A stretch of DNA of 64,000 bases from Felis catus (Eukaryota): the NCBI RefSeq assembly GCF_018350175.1, contig NC_058368.1, forward strand, positions 1,302,001-1,366,000, written 5' to 3'. Of the stretch, positions 51,383 through 63,733 are shown one piece after another (position 1 is the first letter of the stretch; the number at the start of each line of letters is the position of its first letter). The position numbers and the translations under genes were made by a program. The notes under the pieces were generated by a model, which saw only the letters and a list, made by a program, of their open reading frames with translations, was not told where the DNA came from and did no database searches.

Positions 51383-53119
51383 ACAGATGGAGTGGCAAAT
51401 GCAGTTCATGTCCATCTGTGATGTGCCAACTTCTTCAAATTCATTTCCTCTGGGGTATTCTTTAAGTGGATAATTTCTTTCTCATTTGATCCCATTCATA
51501 GTTAGAATCCACCCTTGTCCTGCTTTCTTGAGTTTCTGCCATGTTCTGGGAATTGTCAGTAATTTGGATAGTTCTCTGGAGTTTTGTCTTGAGAGAATGG
51601 TCTTCAGCCAACCCCTGGAACTCCTTCATTAACCAATAGGCACTTAATCACTTCTTTTCAGAGTCCTTTCCAGTGAAAATCTTTCTCAATGGAAAATTGC
51701 GCTAGTAGTCAATGATCCTTTGGCTTATACTGTTCATTTTTACTTATTTATAGTATTCATTGTGTAGCACAAAATTATGAGATTTGTAAATAACAGAAAT
51801 ACTACTTGAATTCCAAAATCAAATTTAACTCATCACTATTATAATTTAAATGCAATGATGATTAACTCAGTGTCTTTAATCCATAGAGTTTCATTCTGAG
51901 TAGGAAGGAAGGCAGATGATCACCTTCAGAGGAGGTCACAGGTGACTGGGAGAATGGGGAGGAGTTAAGGAACAAGAATCCATAATGAGGAAGAAGAGCA
52001 GGTTCAATGGGTATAAGTGTGTGGGAGAGGTAGAAGTCAAGAAAGTTCTTGTCAAGAGAAACACCTCCAACAAGAAAATTCTGGAGGTGGAACAAGTCTA
52101 AGCAATGACAAGATCCAAGCTGTGACATTGCTGGTGGGTGGCTGATGGAATGAGGTGAAGGCCAGTGGAGTTGAGAAGGTTAATTTGTGAGGCAGCTAGT
52201 TAAATGGATTATCAATATGGCTGTTTTAGCCAATTACCTTTCTAACCCTCTAGGTAAATTCTCTAAGTGTCACAGTAGTGGCTTAAAAATGACATTGCTT
52301 CTCCTAATAAAAAAGTATTTTATGAATTTTTCAACTACACTAGGTCTCATCTTCTGTTGCTAACCTAGCTCCGGGAGGAGCATAATTGGATAATAGGATC
52401 AATGAGGGTCATGGAAGATAAAGCAGATAGGATAGCTGGCTGCCAGAATGTGGAGATGCTGAGGACTTACCTAGGTTGGGATGATTTATATATATTTTAA
52501 AATTTTAATGTAAAAATTCAAATTTTGTTTGGTTTTGCTCACTGAAGGCAAGGGTGGACAGAAATCAACCTGCATCTTCTCTGGGGTCACTGCCTCCTAC
52601 TCACAGCCAGGCCAGCAGGTATGGCCTGAGGGGCCCTGCCGTGGTCCTGGATGCCCAAGCAGGTGAAGAAGGGATTCTTGGTTGTTTAAAAAAGAAAAAA
52701 GCATGAATTGAGAAGACCAGGAACCATGGTTATGATTGAGGGCTCTAGGAAAATTCAGAAAACCAGTTTAGAGCGGTGGAAAAGTGTAACTGGGAATTAA
52801 CCAGAAATGAAGGAAAAATGTATCCTTTACAGCTAGAAGGGTCTAGCTGCAATATGATGTACAATGTGTTTGGTCGCCGTGATTTACAATTTCTTGAGAA
52901 CAGCTTTTCAGATGGGTGTGTGCAGTGACAAAGTCCAAGGTGTGGCTCTCTGATAGGGTGAATGGGGAGGTCAGTTGAATTAAGGAAGCCAGACGGTAAC
53001 GAGTCATTTTGTCAGATGGATCACCAATAGAGAAGTTTTGACCAGGTAGGAACAAGGGACAGTTAGGCAGCAGATAATGAAAGTTATTCAACGATGCCTT
53101 TTCTTGACCAAAGGAATGA

Positions 53120-53372
53120 ATTTATTAACTTCTTATGACTGCTTTAACAAAGCCCCACAGACTGGGTGGCTGAAACATTATAAACTTATTCTCTCCTAAT
53201 TCTGGAGGTTAGAAGTCTGAGATCAAGGTGTTGTTAGGGCCACAATCCCTCCACGATTCTGGATTGAATCCTTCCTTGCCTGTTCCTAGCTTCTGGTGGT
53301 GACCATCAACCCATGTGTTCCTTGACATGCAGCTGCATCGTTCCAATCTCCACCTCTTGTTTAAATGGCATT
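53120..53372 (-). mobile_element. Partial MaLR LTR (MLT1)
   Basis: Homologous to 9962-10230 (CCACAGACTGGGTGGCT, TTCTGGAGG.TAGAAGTCTGAGATCAAGGTG). Confidence 0.82.
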
Positions 53373-54349
53373 TACATTTTTTCCTGGGGAAAGAATTGCC
53401 CTTTTTGGTTGCTTCCTTGATTGTTTTTCAGCGTACTTTTCTCTAATTCAACTTGTCACTCAGACACATTGTAAGACTCCTCCTTGTCGTCAAATACTTT
53501 AGATAAGCCATGAATCCCTTAATTTCTTGGCAGTATTCTTCCTAAAACTCTCTGCCTCCGTGCCCTCCTGTTACTGCTAGGCTTATTGCACAGCCGTCTT
53601 CCCCTCACTAGCATCTTGAAGATGACAGATGACCCTTATGGGTCCTATTCTCTAATCATGCCTCTCACCTTTTTTGGACCTCCTGATCCAAGAACCCATG
53701 TCTCTCCCTCTCTCTGATTACTCCCTCATTTTGGTGGAGAGCATACTCCAGGAAGTTTCTGAAGAAAGATACATGAAAGGTAAATTTTTTGAAGTCCTTC
53801 ATGTATAAAAATGTCTCTAAATTCATTCTTGATTGGTGGTTGAAAGAAGTAACTATCATCTTGCAGATTCTAATATGGCTGTTGACAAGTCTAATGTCAT
53901 TCTACTTCTCATCAAGTTGACTGAGTCTTTTCTCACCTTGTGTTCAGTCTGCTGATTCATACATTAAAAAATCTTTGATTTGACATCATGTTTTTAAATT
54001 TCTAACTTTTCCATTTGAGTCTTATAGTTTTTATGTTGTAGTATGTGTCAGAACATCATTCCTTTTCATGGGTGAATAATATTCAATATGTATATATGTT
54101 ATATACATATATATATCACATCACATTTTGTTTACCTATTCATCCATTTTGTGTCCTATTAATCATTAAACCCAAGATTATAAAGATTTTCCTTTGTTTT
54201 CTTCTAAGAGTTTTATAATTTTAGTTCTCACAATGGCATCTTTGACCATTTTATTTAATTTTTTGTATGGTATCAGGTAAGGGTCCAATTTCATTATTTG
54301 CACGTGGAAGTGAAATTTTGTCAGCACTTTTTAAGAACCAGCTCTCTTT

Positions 54350-54562
54350 GAGGCACCTGGGTGGCTCAGTCGGTTGAGTGTCCAACTTCGGCCCAGGTCA
54401 TGATCTCGTGGTCCATGAGTTCGAGCCTTGTGTCAGGCTCTGTGCTGACAGCTCGGAGCCTGGAGCCTGCTTCAGATTCTGTGTCTCCCTCTCTGCCCCT
54501 TCCCAACTCATGCTCTGTCTCTCCCTCTCTCTGTCAAAAAGAAATAAACATTAAAAAAATTA
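54350..54562 (+). mobile_element. Felid CanSINE
   Basis: TSD AAGAACCAG(C/T)TCTCTTT. Confidence 0.93.
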
Positions 54563-54579
54563 AAGAACCAGTTCTCTTT

Positions 54580-54825
54580 TCATTTCTCTCCCCCCACCCT
54601 GTTCTCTCTCTCTCAAAATAAATAAATAAATAAGTAAACACTTAAAGGGGAGCTGTAGGGGGAGGAGAGAGAGAGAGGGAGGGGCAGGGAGAGAGAGAAT
54701 CCCAAGCAGGCTCCATATTGCCAGAGCAGAGCCCAACGTGGGGCTTGATCCCATGAATGGTGAGATTATGACCTGAGCTGAAATCAGGAGTTAGATGCTT
54801 AATGGACTGAGCCAACCAGACACCC
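54580..54825 (-). mobile_element. Tail-less minus-strand CanSINE (54650-54825) abutting a plus-strand SINE tail (54580-54646)
   Basis: CT-rich plus AAAT tail on +, then GA-rich segment and SINE head on -. Confidence 0.8.
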
Positions 54826-54829
54826 CTAC

Positions 54830-56640
54830 TGTTCCCTTTTATATTGTTTTTGATGCAAATCACATCCTTCTATATTGCGTGCCAATTAGCATAAATATAT
54901 GTGTTTTAAAATGAATTTTTCTTTTAAATCATTTAGGAATAAAATTAAATTTACAGACAAAAAATACAGTAACACTGGCTTTTATATTTGTCTATGTAGT
55001 TACCTTTACTGGAGTTCTTTATTTATTCACATGAGTATGAGTTACTGGCTAGTAAGCTTTCCTTAAAGCTCAAGGACTCTGTTCAGCATTTCTTATAGGA
55101 CAGGTTGGCTAGCAAAAGATCCCTCAGTTTTTGTTTTTCTGGAACTGTTTTATTTTGTCTTCATTTTTGAAGAATAGTTTTGTTGGATATAGAACTGTCA
55201 GTGTACAGTTTCTTTTTCTCTCAGTATTTAAAATATATCATCCTTCTGGCCTCCAGAGTTTCTGATGAGAAATCAGTTGTTCATCTTATCAAAGATCCCT
55301 TGTATATGATGAGTTGTTTCTTTCTCGCTGCTTTAGTTTCTCTCTGTCTTTGTTATTGGACAGTTTGATTATATATCTCAGTGTGGAACTCTGAATTTAT
55401 CCTCTTTGATGTTCACTGAACTTATTGTATGTGTAAATTCATGTATTTCATCAAATTTAGGAGGCAGTTTTGGCCACTATTTCTTCAAATATTCTTACTG
55501 TTCCTTTCTCTCTGTCTCTGTCTCTCTATGTCTCTCTCTCTTCTTTCTGGGACTCTCACAATGCTTATTTTGCTGTACTTGCTGTGTTCCACAGTTCTCT
55601 TAGACTCTGTTAATTTTTATTCTTTTTTCTTTCTGTTCCTCAGACTGGATAATTTTAATAATCTTATGTTCAGGTTTGTGGATTCTTTTTTCTGCCAGTT
55701 CCAATCTGCTGTTGAACTCTTCTAATGAAATTCTATTTTAGTTATTGTACTTACAATTTCTAGAATTTCTATTTGGTTCCTTTTTATAATTTCAATCATT
55801 TTATTGATGTTCTCAATTTGTTCATCTATCATTTTCCTTAGTTCTTTGTCCATAGTTTCCTTTAGCTCTTTAAACATATTTAACACCATTGACTTAAAGT
55901 CTTTGTCTAGTAAGTCTAATGTCTGTATGTCCTTAGAGGTGGTTTCTGTCGAATTGCTTTTTTGACATGAATGGGCCATACTTAGATGATTCGCTGTACA
56001 CCTTGAAATTTTTTGTTGAAAAATGGGCATTTAAAAATTACAATTAATATTTTGATATTTAATAGTATTTCTTATATAATAAATTAACTTTCCTGAGGGT
56101 TTGCTTTTGTTGTTTTTTGATGGCTTAGGGTTTTTTAGTGACTTTTCCTAACAATTTTTTGCAAAGTCTGTATTCTTGGTCACGTGTGGTCACTACCATC
56201 TCTGTTGTTATTTCAGAGGTTGGCCAATGACCTGAGAGAGTTCCTTAAATGCCCGGAGCCAAAAGGGGGAAAAAAAGCTACTCTCTCAGTTTTTGCATCT
56301 TGACTATAAGCTGGGGCATTCCTTCAGTGAGAAACCAGCCTGCAAAAGCAAGCTCCACCAGGAATGTGGGCCACCATTCCCATAGCTGCTGCTATCCCTG
56401 CACTGGGGAATGAGATAGTAGTCAAATGGGCAAAAATGCCACAGTGCCCTCTTACTGAAATTCAGTTGCCCTTTTCTTCATTTAGGAGTGTTCTGGTTGT
56501 CCTAAATTTAAGATTAGATTACAGAGTTCAAAACCAAAGATTGACAGATTGATTCTGTCAATCTTTGCCAATTTCTGCCTGTTTCAGTGGAGGTACCGCT
56601 TCTTTAAGTGCCCGTCTCTGCCCTCTTATGTGATGTCACT
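54830..56640 (-). mobile_element. Old LINE-1 5' portion (5' UTR/ORF1 remnants)
   Basis: ORF 55722-56030 LDLLDKDFKSMVLNMFKELKETMDKEL resembles the ORF1p coiled coil; similar to the reverse complement of 5800-7300. Confidence 0.8.
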
Positions 56641-56666
56641 CTTGTAGTTTAAAAACTTGTGTTGTC

Positions 56667-56865
56667 GGGGGGCCTGGGTGGCTCAGTCGGTTAAGTGTCT
56701 GACTTCGGCTCAGGTCATGGTCTCACGGTTCATGAGTTCGAGCCCCGCGTCGGGCTCTGTGCTGACAGTTCAGAGCCTGGAGCCTGCTTCAGATTCTGTG
56801 TCTCCCTCTCTCTCTGCCCCTCCCCCACTCATGCTCTGTCTTTCTCTGTCTCTCAATAATAAATA
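56667..56865 (+). mobile_element. Felid CanSINE with truncated tail
   Basis: SINE head and body. Confidence 0.92.
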
Positions 56866-57829
56866 TCTAATCTCTATGAAAATACTAATTACAACAGGAA
56901 GTTTGGGGAGATTTGTTTCCATGCTCCATGAACTGTTTCTTTCCTCTGATTTCCATTTTTCAGTTTGTTTTGCTCTTTATCTTTTAAGTGTTCCTCAAAG
57001 ATCTCATTGACTATTAATATTTAAGAGTAACATACTAAAAAGCTGACTGTAATCTCTGTGTGCATGAATAGGACTCTGACAGGTGGATCACACTGTAAGT
57101 GACTGAGTGGAATCCTTGCCATTTCATTAGAGGACAGGAGCTCTCACTGTTTTGCATGGTGACATTCACTTGTTTTCAGAGCTGTTGTACCCTGTGGGCT
57201 GTCATTTATGTCTCCAAGTCCAGAGCCCCTCTTGTTCAACTTCACTGAAAAATCAAGCTATGGTCTTTTCAGAAGGGGAGGACAGTTTCCTGCCTACATG
57301 CCAGGATATTGCTGCTCCTTATATACACTTCCAATCCAATCTTCCTTCCAGCTCCACTCTACCTCTCTGCTTTCAGAGGTTCCTGGCACTTCCATTCCTG
57401 ATCATTGCCAGGCTGTTGCAGCCTCCATGGGCTAACTTCCCATTGGCTTCCCCACTTGCAAGCAGTGAAGTTATAGCTTTCACCTTGCTGCTAAGACAGC
57501 AGCGGCGACTTGTTCACTTGCTTTCCATTACACATTTTGTTGATTGTCTCTCATCTGCTATTGTCTTTTCACCTGTGGTGATTTGTGGTCATTTTAATGA
57601 AGCTTGGGGAGGAGAGGAGATCAACTATGCATTTAATCTGCCATATTTCCACGATTTCTTTCATATCATTAGGGTGAAGGAAAGCCAATGACACTGAATG
57701 AGTGAGATAAAACAACTATAGACTCAGTAGTTTGGTAATAAAGCATGATCATGGCATTGTGGCAGGGAGTGGTTAGCTCATTCCTTCTTATTATAGGTTA
57801 TCGACGTTTTGTTTTGAAAATAAAGTATG

Positions 57830-57835
57830 GTGCTC

Positions 57836-57877
<42 letters not shown>

Positions 57878-57936
57878 TATTAGCATGGCCCCTGCGCAAG
57901 GATGACACGCAAATTCGTGAAGCGTTCCATATTTTT
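57830..57936 (+). pseudogene. RNU6: Full-length U6 snRNA retrocopy (5' part of a chimeric processed pseudogene)
   Basis: GTGCTCGCTTCGGCAGCAC...GAAGCGTTCCATATTTTT matches canonical mammalian U6 except G49>T at 57878. It is followed by an extra 18 nt and an A-rich tail, and flanked by a 13-bp TSD AAAATAAAGTATG (57817-57829, 57979-57991). Confidence 0.97.
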
Positions 57937-58162
57937 AATAAAAGTCACTCCTGCAAAAAAAAAATAAATAAATAAATAAAAATAAAGTATGAAGAATTGA
58001 GACTGACAGAACAAATGTCATACAGGAGCTATCTGAGCCTGGTCAACAAGGACCATCTAGAAGTGAAAAGACTTTGATTATAACTCATTCCTTGTTTCTG
58101 ATGTAAACTCTACTACTTACAAAAATAAAAAGGAGAGTGACAATAGTCTCCCTCCCTCTTCT

Positions 58163-58366
58163 TTTTTTAAGTTTATTTATTTTGAGAGAGAGAGCATGAA
58201 TGCACAGCAAGGAAGGGGCAGAAAGAGAGGGAGAAAGAGAATTCCAAGTAGGTTCTGTACTGTCAGCACAGACCCCAGTGCAGGGCTCGATCTCATGAAT
58301 CATGAGATCATGACCTGAGCTGAGGTCAAGAGTCAGTCACTTAACCAACTGAGCCACCCAGGTGTG
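58163..58366 (-). mobile_element. CanSINE
   Basis: SINE body, reverse complement. Confidence 0.9.
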
Positions 58367-59311
58367 CTTCTCTACCTCTGTTGTTCTGTAACAGTTCATT
58401 TTCCATGCTCTTCTTCTGATTAATGTAAAAGGTTTTACTTACTAAACGGTTAAGACACCAGCACTAAAATCCTTTGTAGTTCAGCTCAGTTCAAGCTGAA
58501 TTTTCACTACTTATAAAAAAAAAGACGTTATATAGGCAGGCTCAAGAGAATTTACTTAGCCTAAGGATTGTACAAATCCTATTATATACCAGATAAATAA
58601 AGGACAAAATAAGCCTGCATTGAGTGCTCTAGGAGTGGTGGTGAGATGAACATTATCCTCCACATAAATATCACATTGAAATGAAGTTTTGTTCTGCTCG
58701 AGAAATGTTTATTGAGCTATTGCAGGTTCTGTGTTTGCAGTGGTGAAATAAAGATGAATGAGTCAGTCCTTCACGCCCTTGGGACCAAGGGAGGGAGGTG
58801 GAGAAGTGACTTCAGCACAGGATGGCGTGTTTCCTGCTAAAAGTACACATGGATTGCCAACAGAGGCCAAGGAGCCACATCCGTGCGGGGCGGGGCGGGC
58901 GGGAGCTCACTTTGCCTCGTCAGGGCCCCCTGTGCACATCTCTTTAAAACACTGTGATCAATACTGTTGGCAGCTTGAACTCAACTATGTTGGCAATACT
59001 TACACCTCAGAAGTTGGCCAAGGCTACAAATCAGAACTTTCCCCCCAAAAAGCCAGTTGTCAAACATTTACCAGAACAATGCTGCCATTTCACTCTACTT
59101 GTTTGCACCTTTCTCCACCTAAATAGCCTCTCCAGGACAGACTCGTGTTCACTTAAATTTACCTCTTAGAGTTGCCCCTACTCTCCTTCCTCTTTGTTCT
59201 TGTCACTTAGGACAGAAGTTGGGTGGGAGCTTTTCCCAGGTGGTGAGACAAATCCTCATTTAATCTCTCTTGAATGAGGTGAGGGTAGGAGGCAGGGGCT
59301 GATTTCCTCAG

Positions 59312-60115
59312 CTAGTCTTGACTTTTTTCAAGCAACGCATCATTAAATCCTTTCAGCCTGCCTTCAGAACACATCCGGAATCCAGTCCCTGATTGCCATG
59401 TCCACTCTATCAGCTGGTCCGGGCCACCACCGTCTTTTGTCTGCCTAACTGCAGTTGCCTCCCTGCTTCTGCCTTCACAGTTTTTTCTCCACACATCAGC
59501 CAGAGTGACCCTGCTTTGTTTCTGATCATGTCATGTCTCTGCTAGAACTCTTCAAAGGGCCTTCCATCTCACTGGGGGTAAAAACTCACATCCTCAAAAA
59601 TGGCCTCCCAGGCTGCTGTGATCTGGCCTCCATCGCATGCTCTGTACAGCCTCCTTGGCCACTTCTCTCATGAGGCATCAGCCATACTAGCCTCATTGCT
59701 CTTCCTCAATTATGCCAAATATGCTCCTGCCTCAGGGCCTGCCTGTGTGCTGAAATTGTTCCCTGATATTCCTCACTCAGTGATATTCCTCACTCCCTGG
59801 TATTCCTTTACCTCCAGCAGATCTCTACTCAAATACCACTTTGTCAGGGAGCCTTCCCTGACCACTCTGTTTAACATGGCCATCATCCCCATTCAGCCTC
59901 CAACACACGCATCTCACTTGGGCCCCCCAGCAAGTCTATTCCATTTCCCTCCTTTGTGTTTGTGCATAGTGCTTAGCATTGTGTGATCTATTATGGACTT
60001 TACTTATTTTCTTTTTTTCTGATTTCCTCCACTAGAATAAAAACTCCATAAAGGCAGAGATGTTTTCGTTTGCTGCAACATCCTTAGCACCTAGAACAGT
60101 GAGTGGCACGTTGTA
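59312..60115 (+). mobile_element. LINE-2 (L2a-like) 3' region
   Basis: CAGCCAGAGTGACC, CTCCTGCCTCAGGGCCT, CCACTAGAAT..AAACTCCAT, GCACCTAGAACAGTG. Confidence 0.85.
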
Positions 60116-60706
60116 GAAGAGAGGGGAAGTGTGGTGACAGCTTAGAGGTCACCTTAATCTCCCAGGACTCCCTGGGGAAATGAACCAATCTCTGTGGGTG
60201 AGCTGCAATCTTCCCAGAGAACATGGCCCAATTAGAGAAGGGTGGGACAGAAGGAGGTCTCCCCTGGCATGTGGTTTACACTCACACACCCCTGGGAGGG
60301 GTCCTGCTAGACTAACGTCCACTAATATTGTAATGACTGGTTAGTTCTTTGTTAGGGATTTGTGGCAGCAGGCTGAGAGCATGGGCCGCCGGGAGAAAGG
60401 GGAGATGGATAGAGACTAATACTTACTCTCATTTGTAAGCCACCCTGTAGGTGCAGAGCATGTCTACCTGCACTATCTCACTTGTGCCTCATGACAAGGC
60501 TGTGACATAGGCCAGAAAGATATTATTGTGCATTTTTTATAGATGAGAGCAATGAGGCTCAAAGAGGCTAAATGACTTGTCCAAAGTCAGATACCCAATA
60601 GGAACAAAAAGTCAAACCCCACTGCCCTTTCTAACACCTCATTCAGTTAAAAGGTTTTAAACTAACTCTGGCATATGCTATTTGAAACTACCTTGAAAAT
60701 TGCCTT

Positions 60707-60906
60707 AAATTTTTTTTAATTTTTTTTTTTTTTTTTTTTTGAGAGAGAGCAAGAGAGAGTAGGAGAGAGGGAGACACAGAATCCAAAGCAGGCTCCAGAC
60801 TGAGCTGTCAGCACAGAGCCCAATGCAGGGCTTAAACTCACAAACTGCAAGATCATGACCTGAGCTGAAGTCAGACACTTAACCGCCTGAGCCATCCAGG
60901 CGCTCC
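60707..60906 (-). mobile_element. Felid CanSINE
   Basis: TSD GAAAATTGCCTT. Confidence 0.92.
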
Positions 60907-61643
60907 GAAAATTGCCTTTCTGGTGTGTGATATGAGTTGCTTACCTCTCACTGGAGAAAAGAGATTGGGATCTAGTCATTTCTCTTTTGATTTATCCCAC
61001 GGTGTAATCCAATATAGTAATATTAAAATATGCCTAATATTAAAATATGCCATGATCTCAGAATTCAAATGAAGCCACAAAAGAATTTCTTGAGTGCCGA
61101 GCATGTGCCAGAAATCTAGGTTACTTGACGTGTACTTCTTCAAATTCTCAAAATAACCGTGCAGAGCGGGCAGTGGTGTCCCCAGTGTACATTACCTGCC
61201 TACGTCCCAACTGCTAGGTGAGGCGGACCTTTAAGATCTGTCCAGCTCCAAAGCCCATCTTTCTGATGCACCAAGCTGTCCCCTTATAACAACAAAGTGA
61301 CTTCCAAATTAGGGTGCTCCATCTGTAGGATCCATCACCTCTTGCTATAATAACTGTCAAGAAACACAAAAGAGACAGTTGGTTTCAGTATGATTAGTAA
61401 GCAGATTCTCCTCAGGGCCTTGGCCAAGCTATAGTTATTTCAAACACATTCACAAAATGTGAGTCTTTCTTGTTTGTCAGGTTGCTCTTTTGTCTTCTTA
61501 TCTACATTTTCCTCTTTATATTCTTTTTATCTTTGATCCACCAAATGGAAACGTCCCTTAAAGAAGAATCCTACCATCATCTGGGCAGATTGGATTTTGG
61601 TGAGAGGAAAATTGAACGACATGCATTTAAAATTGGTAGTTGT

Positions 61644-62015
61644 CATTTGCAACTATGTGGATGGAACTGGAGGGTATTATGCTAAGTGAAATTAGTCAGA
61701 GAAAGACAAAAATCATATGGCCTCACTCATATGACGACTTTCAGAGAAAAAACAGATAAACATAAGGGAAGGGAAACAAAAATAATATAAAAACAGAGAG
61801 GGGGACAAAACAGAAGAGACTCGTAAATATGGAGAACAAACTGAGGGTTGCTGGAGGGGTTGTGGGAGGTGGGATGGGCTAAACGGGTAAGGGACACTAA
61901 GGAATCTACTCCTGAAATCATTGTTGCACCATATGTTAACTAACTTGGATGTAAACTTAAAAAAATTAAAAAATTTTTAAAATAAAATAAAGTAAAAAAA
62001 AAAATGAAATAAAAT
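61644..62015 (+). mobile_element. 5'-truncated felid LINE-1 3' end (L1_Fc-like)
   Basis: GGAATCTACTCCTGAAATCATTGTTGCAC..AACTAACTTGGATGTAAA plus A-rich tail; TSD-like flanks. Confidence 0.88.
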
Positions 62016-62030
62016 AAAATAGATAGTTGT

Positions 62031-62220
62031 AGAAAACTGGTGGTTGCCAGAGGGGAGGTGGGTAGGGGGATGGGTAACATAGGTGAAGGAGATTAAGAAT
62101 ACACATATCATGAGGAGCACTGAGTAATATGTAGAATTGAATCGTTATGCTATACACCTGAAACTGATATAACATTGTATGTTAGTTATACTTGAGAAAA
62201 AAAGAAAGGAGATTAAAAAA
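62031..62220 (+). mobile_element. 5'-truncated carnivore LINE-1 3' end (L1_Carn-like)
   Basis: GGTTGCCAGAGGGGAGGTGGG...TACACCTGAAACT.ATATAACATTGTATGTTA plus A tail. Confidence 0.85.
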
Positions 62221-63278
62221 AGAATTGTTAGCTGTATTGAAGAGTATTGATCCCAACTCCTTGTAGGGTGTACTTCATGTTGGTTGGTTGTTTTTGGTAC
62301 TGGTCTCCGTTTGGGACATCTTGCCAGGGTCCACCCTGTAATGTGACCTCTGACATTAGGTGTTTTTCTAGCCTCACTGATGGCCTTTAAAAGGACAGAG
62401 AACATCCTTGAACAAGTTTAAGAATGAGCGGCTGACTATTATTAGGCTTCAAAATATGTTAGCACTCTTGTAATAATTCTCAGGAACAATTTGGTACATA
62501 GAGAATGGAATGTACACAAGCGAACTTCCTTTAGGCATGTTACCTGTGCTTTTTAAAAAATTCTTTTTTAACCGATCTCTTGGTGAATAGCAGCTACATA
62601 GACAACTGCTTGTTTTAAATGACACTCATCCAAAGTTTTAGAGCTGGTGTCATTCATTCACTCGTTTAGTAGCTGTTCTTTATTTACGTATGCCAGATAC
62701 TGCACTAGGCACTAAGTATAAGTGGAGAACATGATAGATGTGTCCCTCACTTCCTGACAGGGGTAAGATGGATTTCATGAAAGTAATCATTTAACTACAG
62801 TTATGAAAGATTGCCTGAAAGAAAGGCACAGGGTACCATGGAGTGTGTGACGGGGAGGGACTTTAGCTAGACCAGGAGATCATCTGTCTACTTTCCTTCC
62901 TTTACAGATCAGGAAACTGAGGCATACTACAGTTAAGCAACTTTATATACCAGATAGTTCCATCTTGTCTCAAAATCTTAATTATTAAATGAAGTATCAT
63001 ATTCAGCTAAATTTCACAAATTTTTAATGGCCTAGAAGCTAAGGAATTTATTAATTTCTTCCATTGGTAAATAATAGTAGAATTTGGAAATAATGCTTAG
63101 GAAGTACCCCCAACCAAGATCCAGGTATTTCTGTTACGTTCTTTAGAAGAAGAAGAAGGAAAAAGAAAAACAATATATGTATACATATGAATATATTTCA
63201 TATATATTTACATATTCATATATATTATGTACTTCTATGTCTCTAAGATATATTGTTATGTAAAAAGAGAAAAGTGGA

Positions 63279-63510
63279 GGGGCGCCTGGGTGGCTCAGTC
63301 GGTTAAGTGTCTGTCTTTGGCTCAGGTCATGATCTTGTGGTTCACGAGTTCGAGCCCCGCGTCGGGCTCTGTGCTGACAGCTCGGAGCCTGGAGCCTGCT
63401 TCCGATTCTGTGTCTCCCTCCGATTCAGGGTCTCTCTGACCCTCCCCCCATTCATGCTCTGTCTTTCTCTGTCTCAAAAATAAATAAATGTTAAAAAAAA
63501 ATTAAAAAAA
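63279..63510 (+). mobile_element. Felid CanSINE with small internal duplication (TCCGATTC)
   Basis: TSD AAAAGAGAAAAGTGGA. Confidence 0.94.
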
Positions 63511-63577
63511 AAAGAGAAAAGTGGAGGAAAGTATATATGGAATGCTATCATTATCTAAGAAAGGAGGAGGTATGTCA

Positions 63578-63733
63578 TTATATATTATGTATATAACATA
63601 TATATATAATACATATACTTATATTAAAGTATATAAAGTATATTTTATGCAAATTATATATAAAGTATATAGGAAAATATATTATAGAATGTCTATAATA
63701 CATATTTAGTATATATAAACTATATATATATTT
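63578..63733. repeat. AT-rich low-complexity tract within an old L1 3' region that runs to the window end
   Basis: Degenerate (TA)n. Confidence 0.75.

Noticed and set aside
57152..57691. 179-aa ORF
   Set aside because: TTG start, overlaps degenerate old L1-like sequence, no recognisable homology.
57830..57936. Functional U6 gene
   Set aside because: TSD plus poly(A) tail, no evident PSE/TATA at the expected spacing, and a substitution in a conserved helix.
61018..61051. 17-bp tandem duplication (similar small ones at about 29717-29760 and 18415-18470)
   Set aside because: Ordinary slippage duplications.
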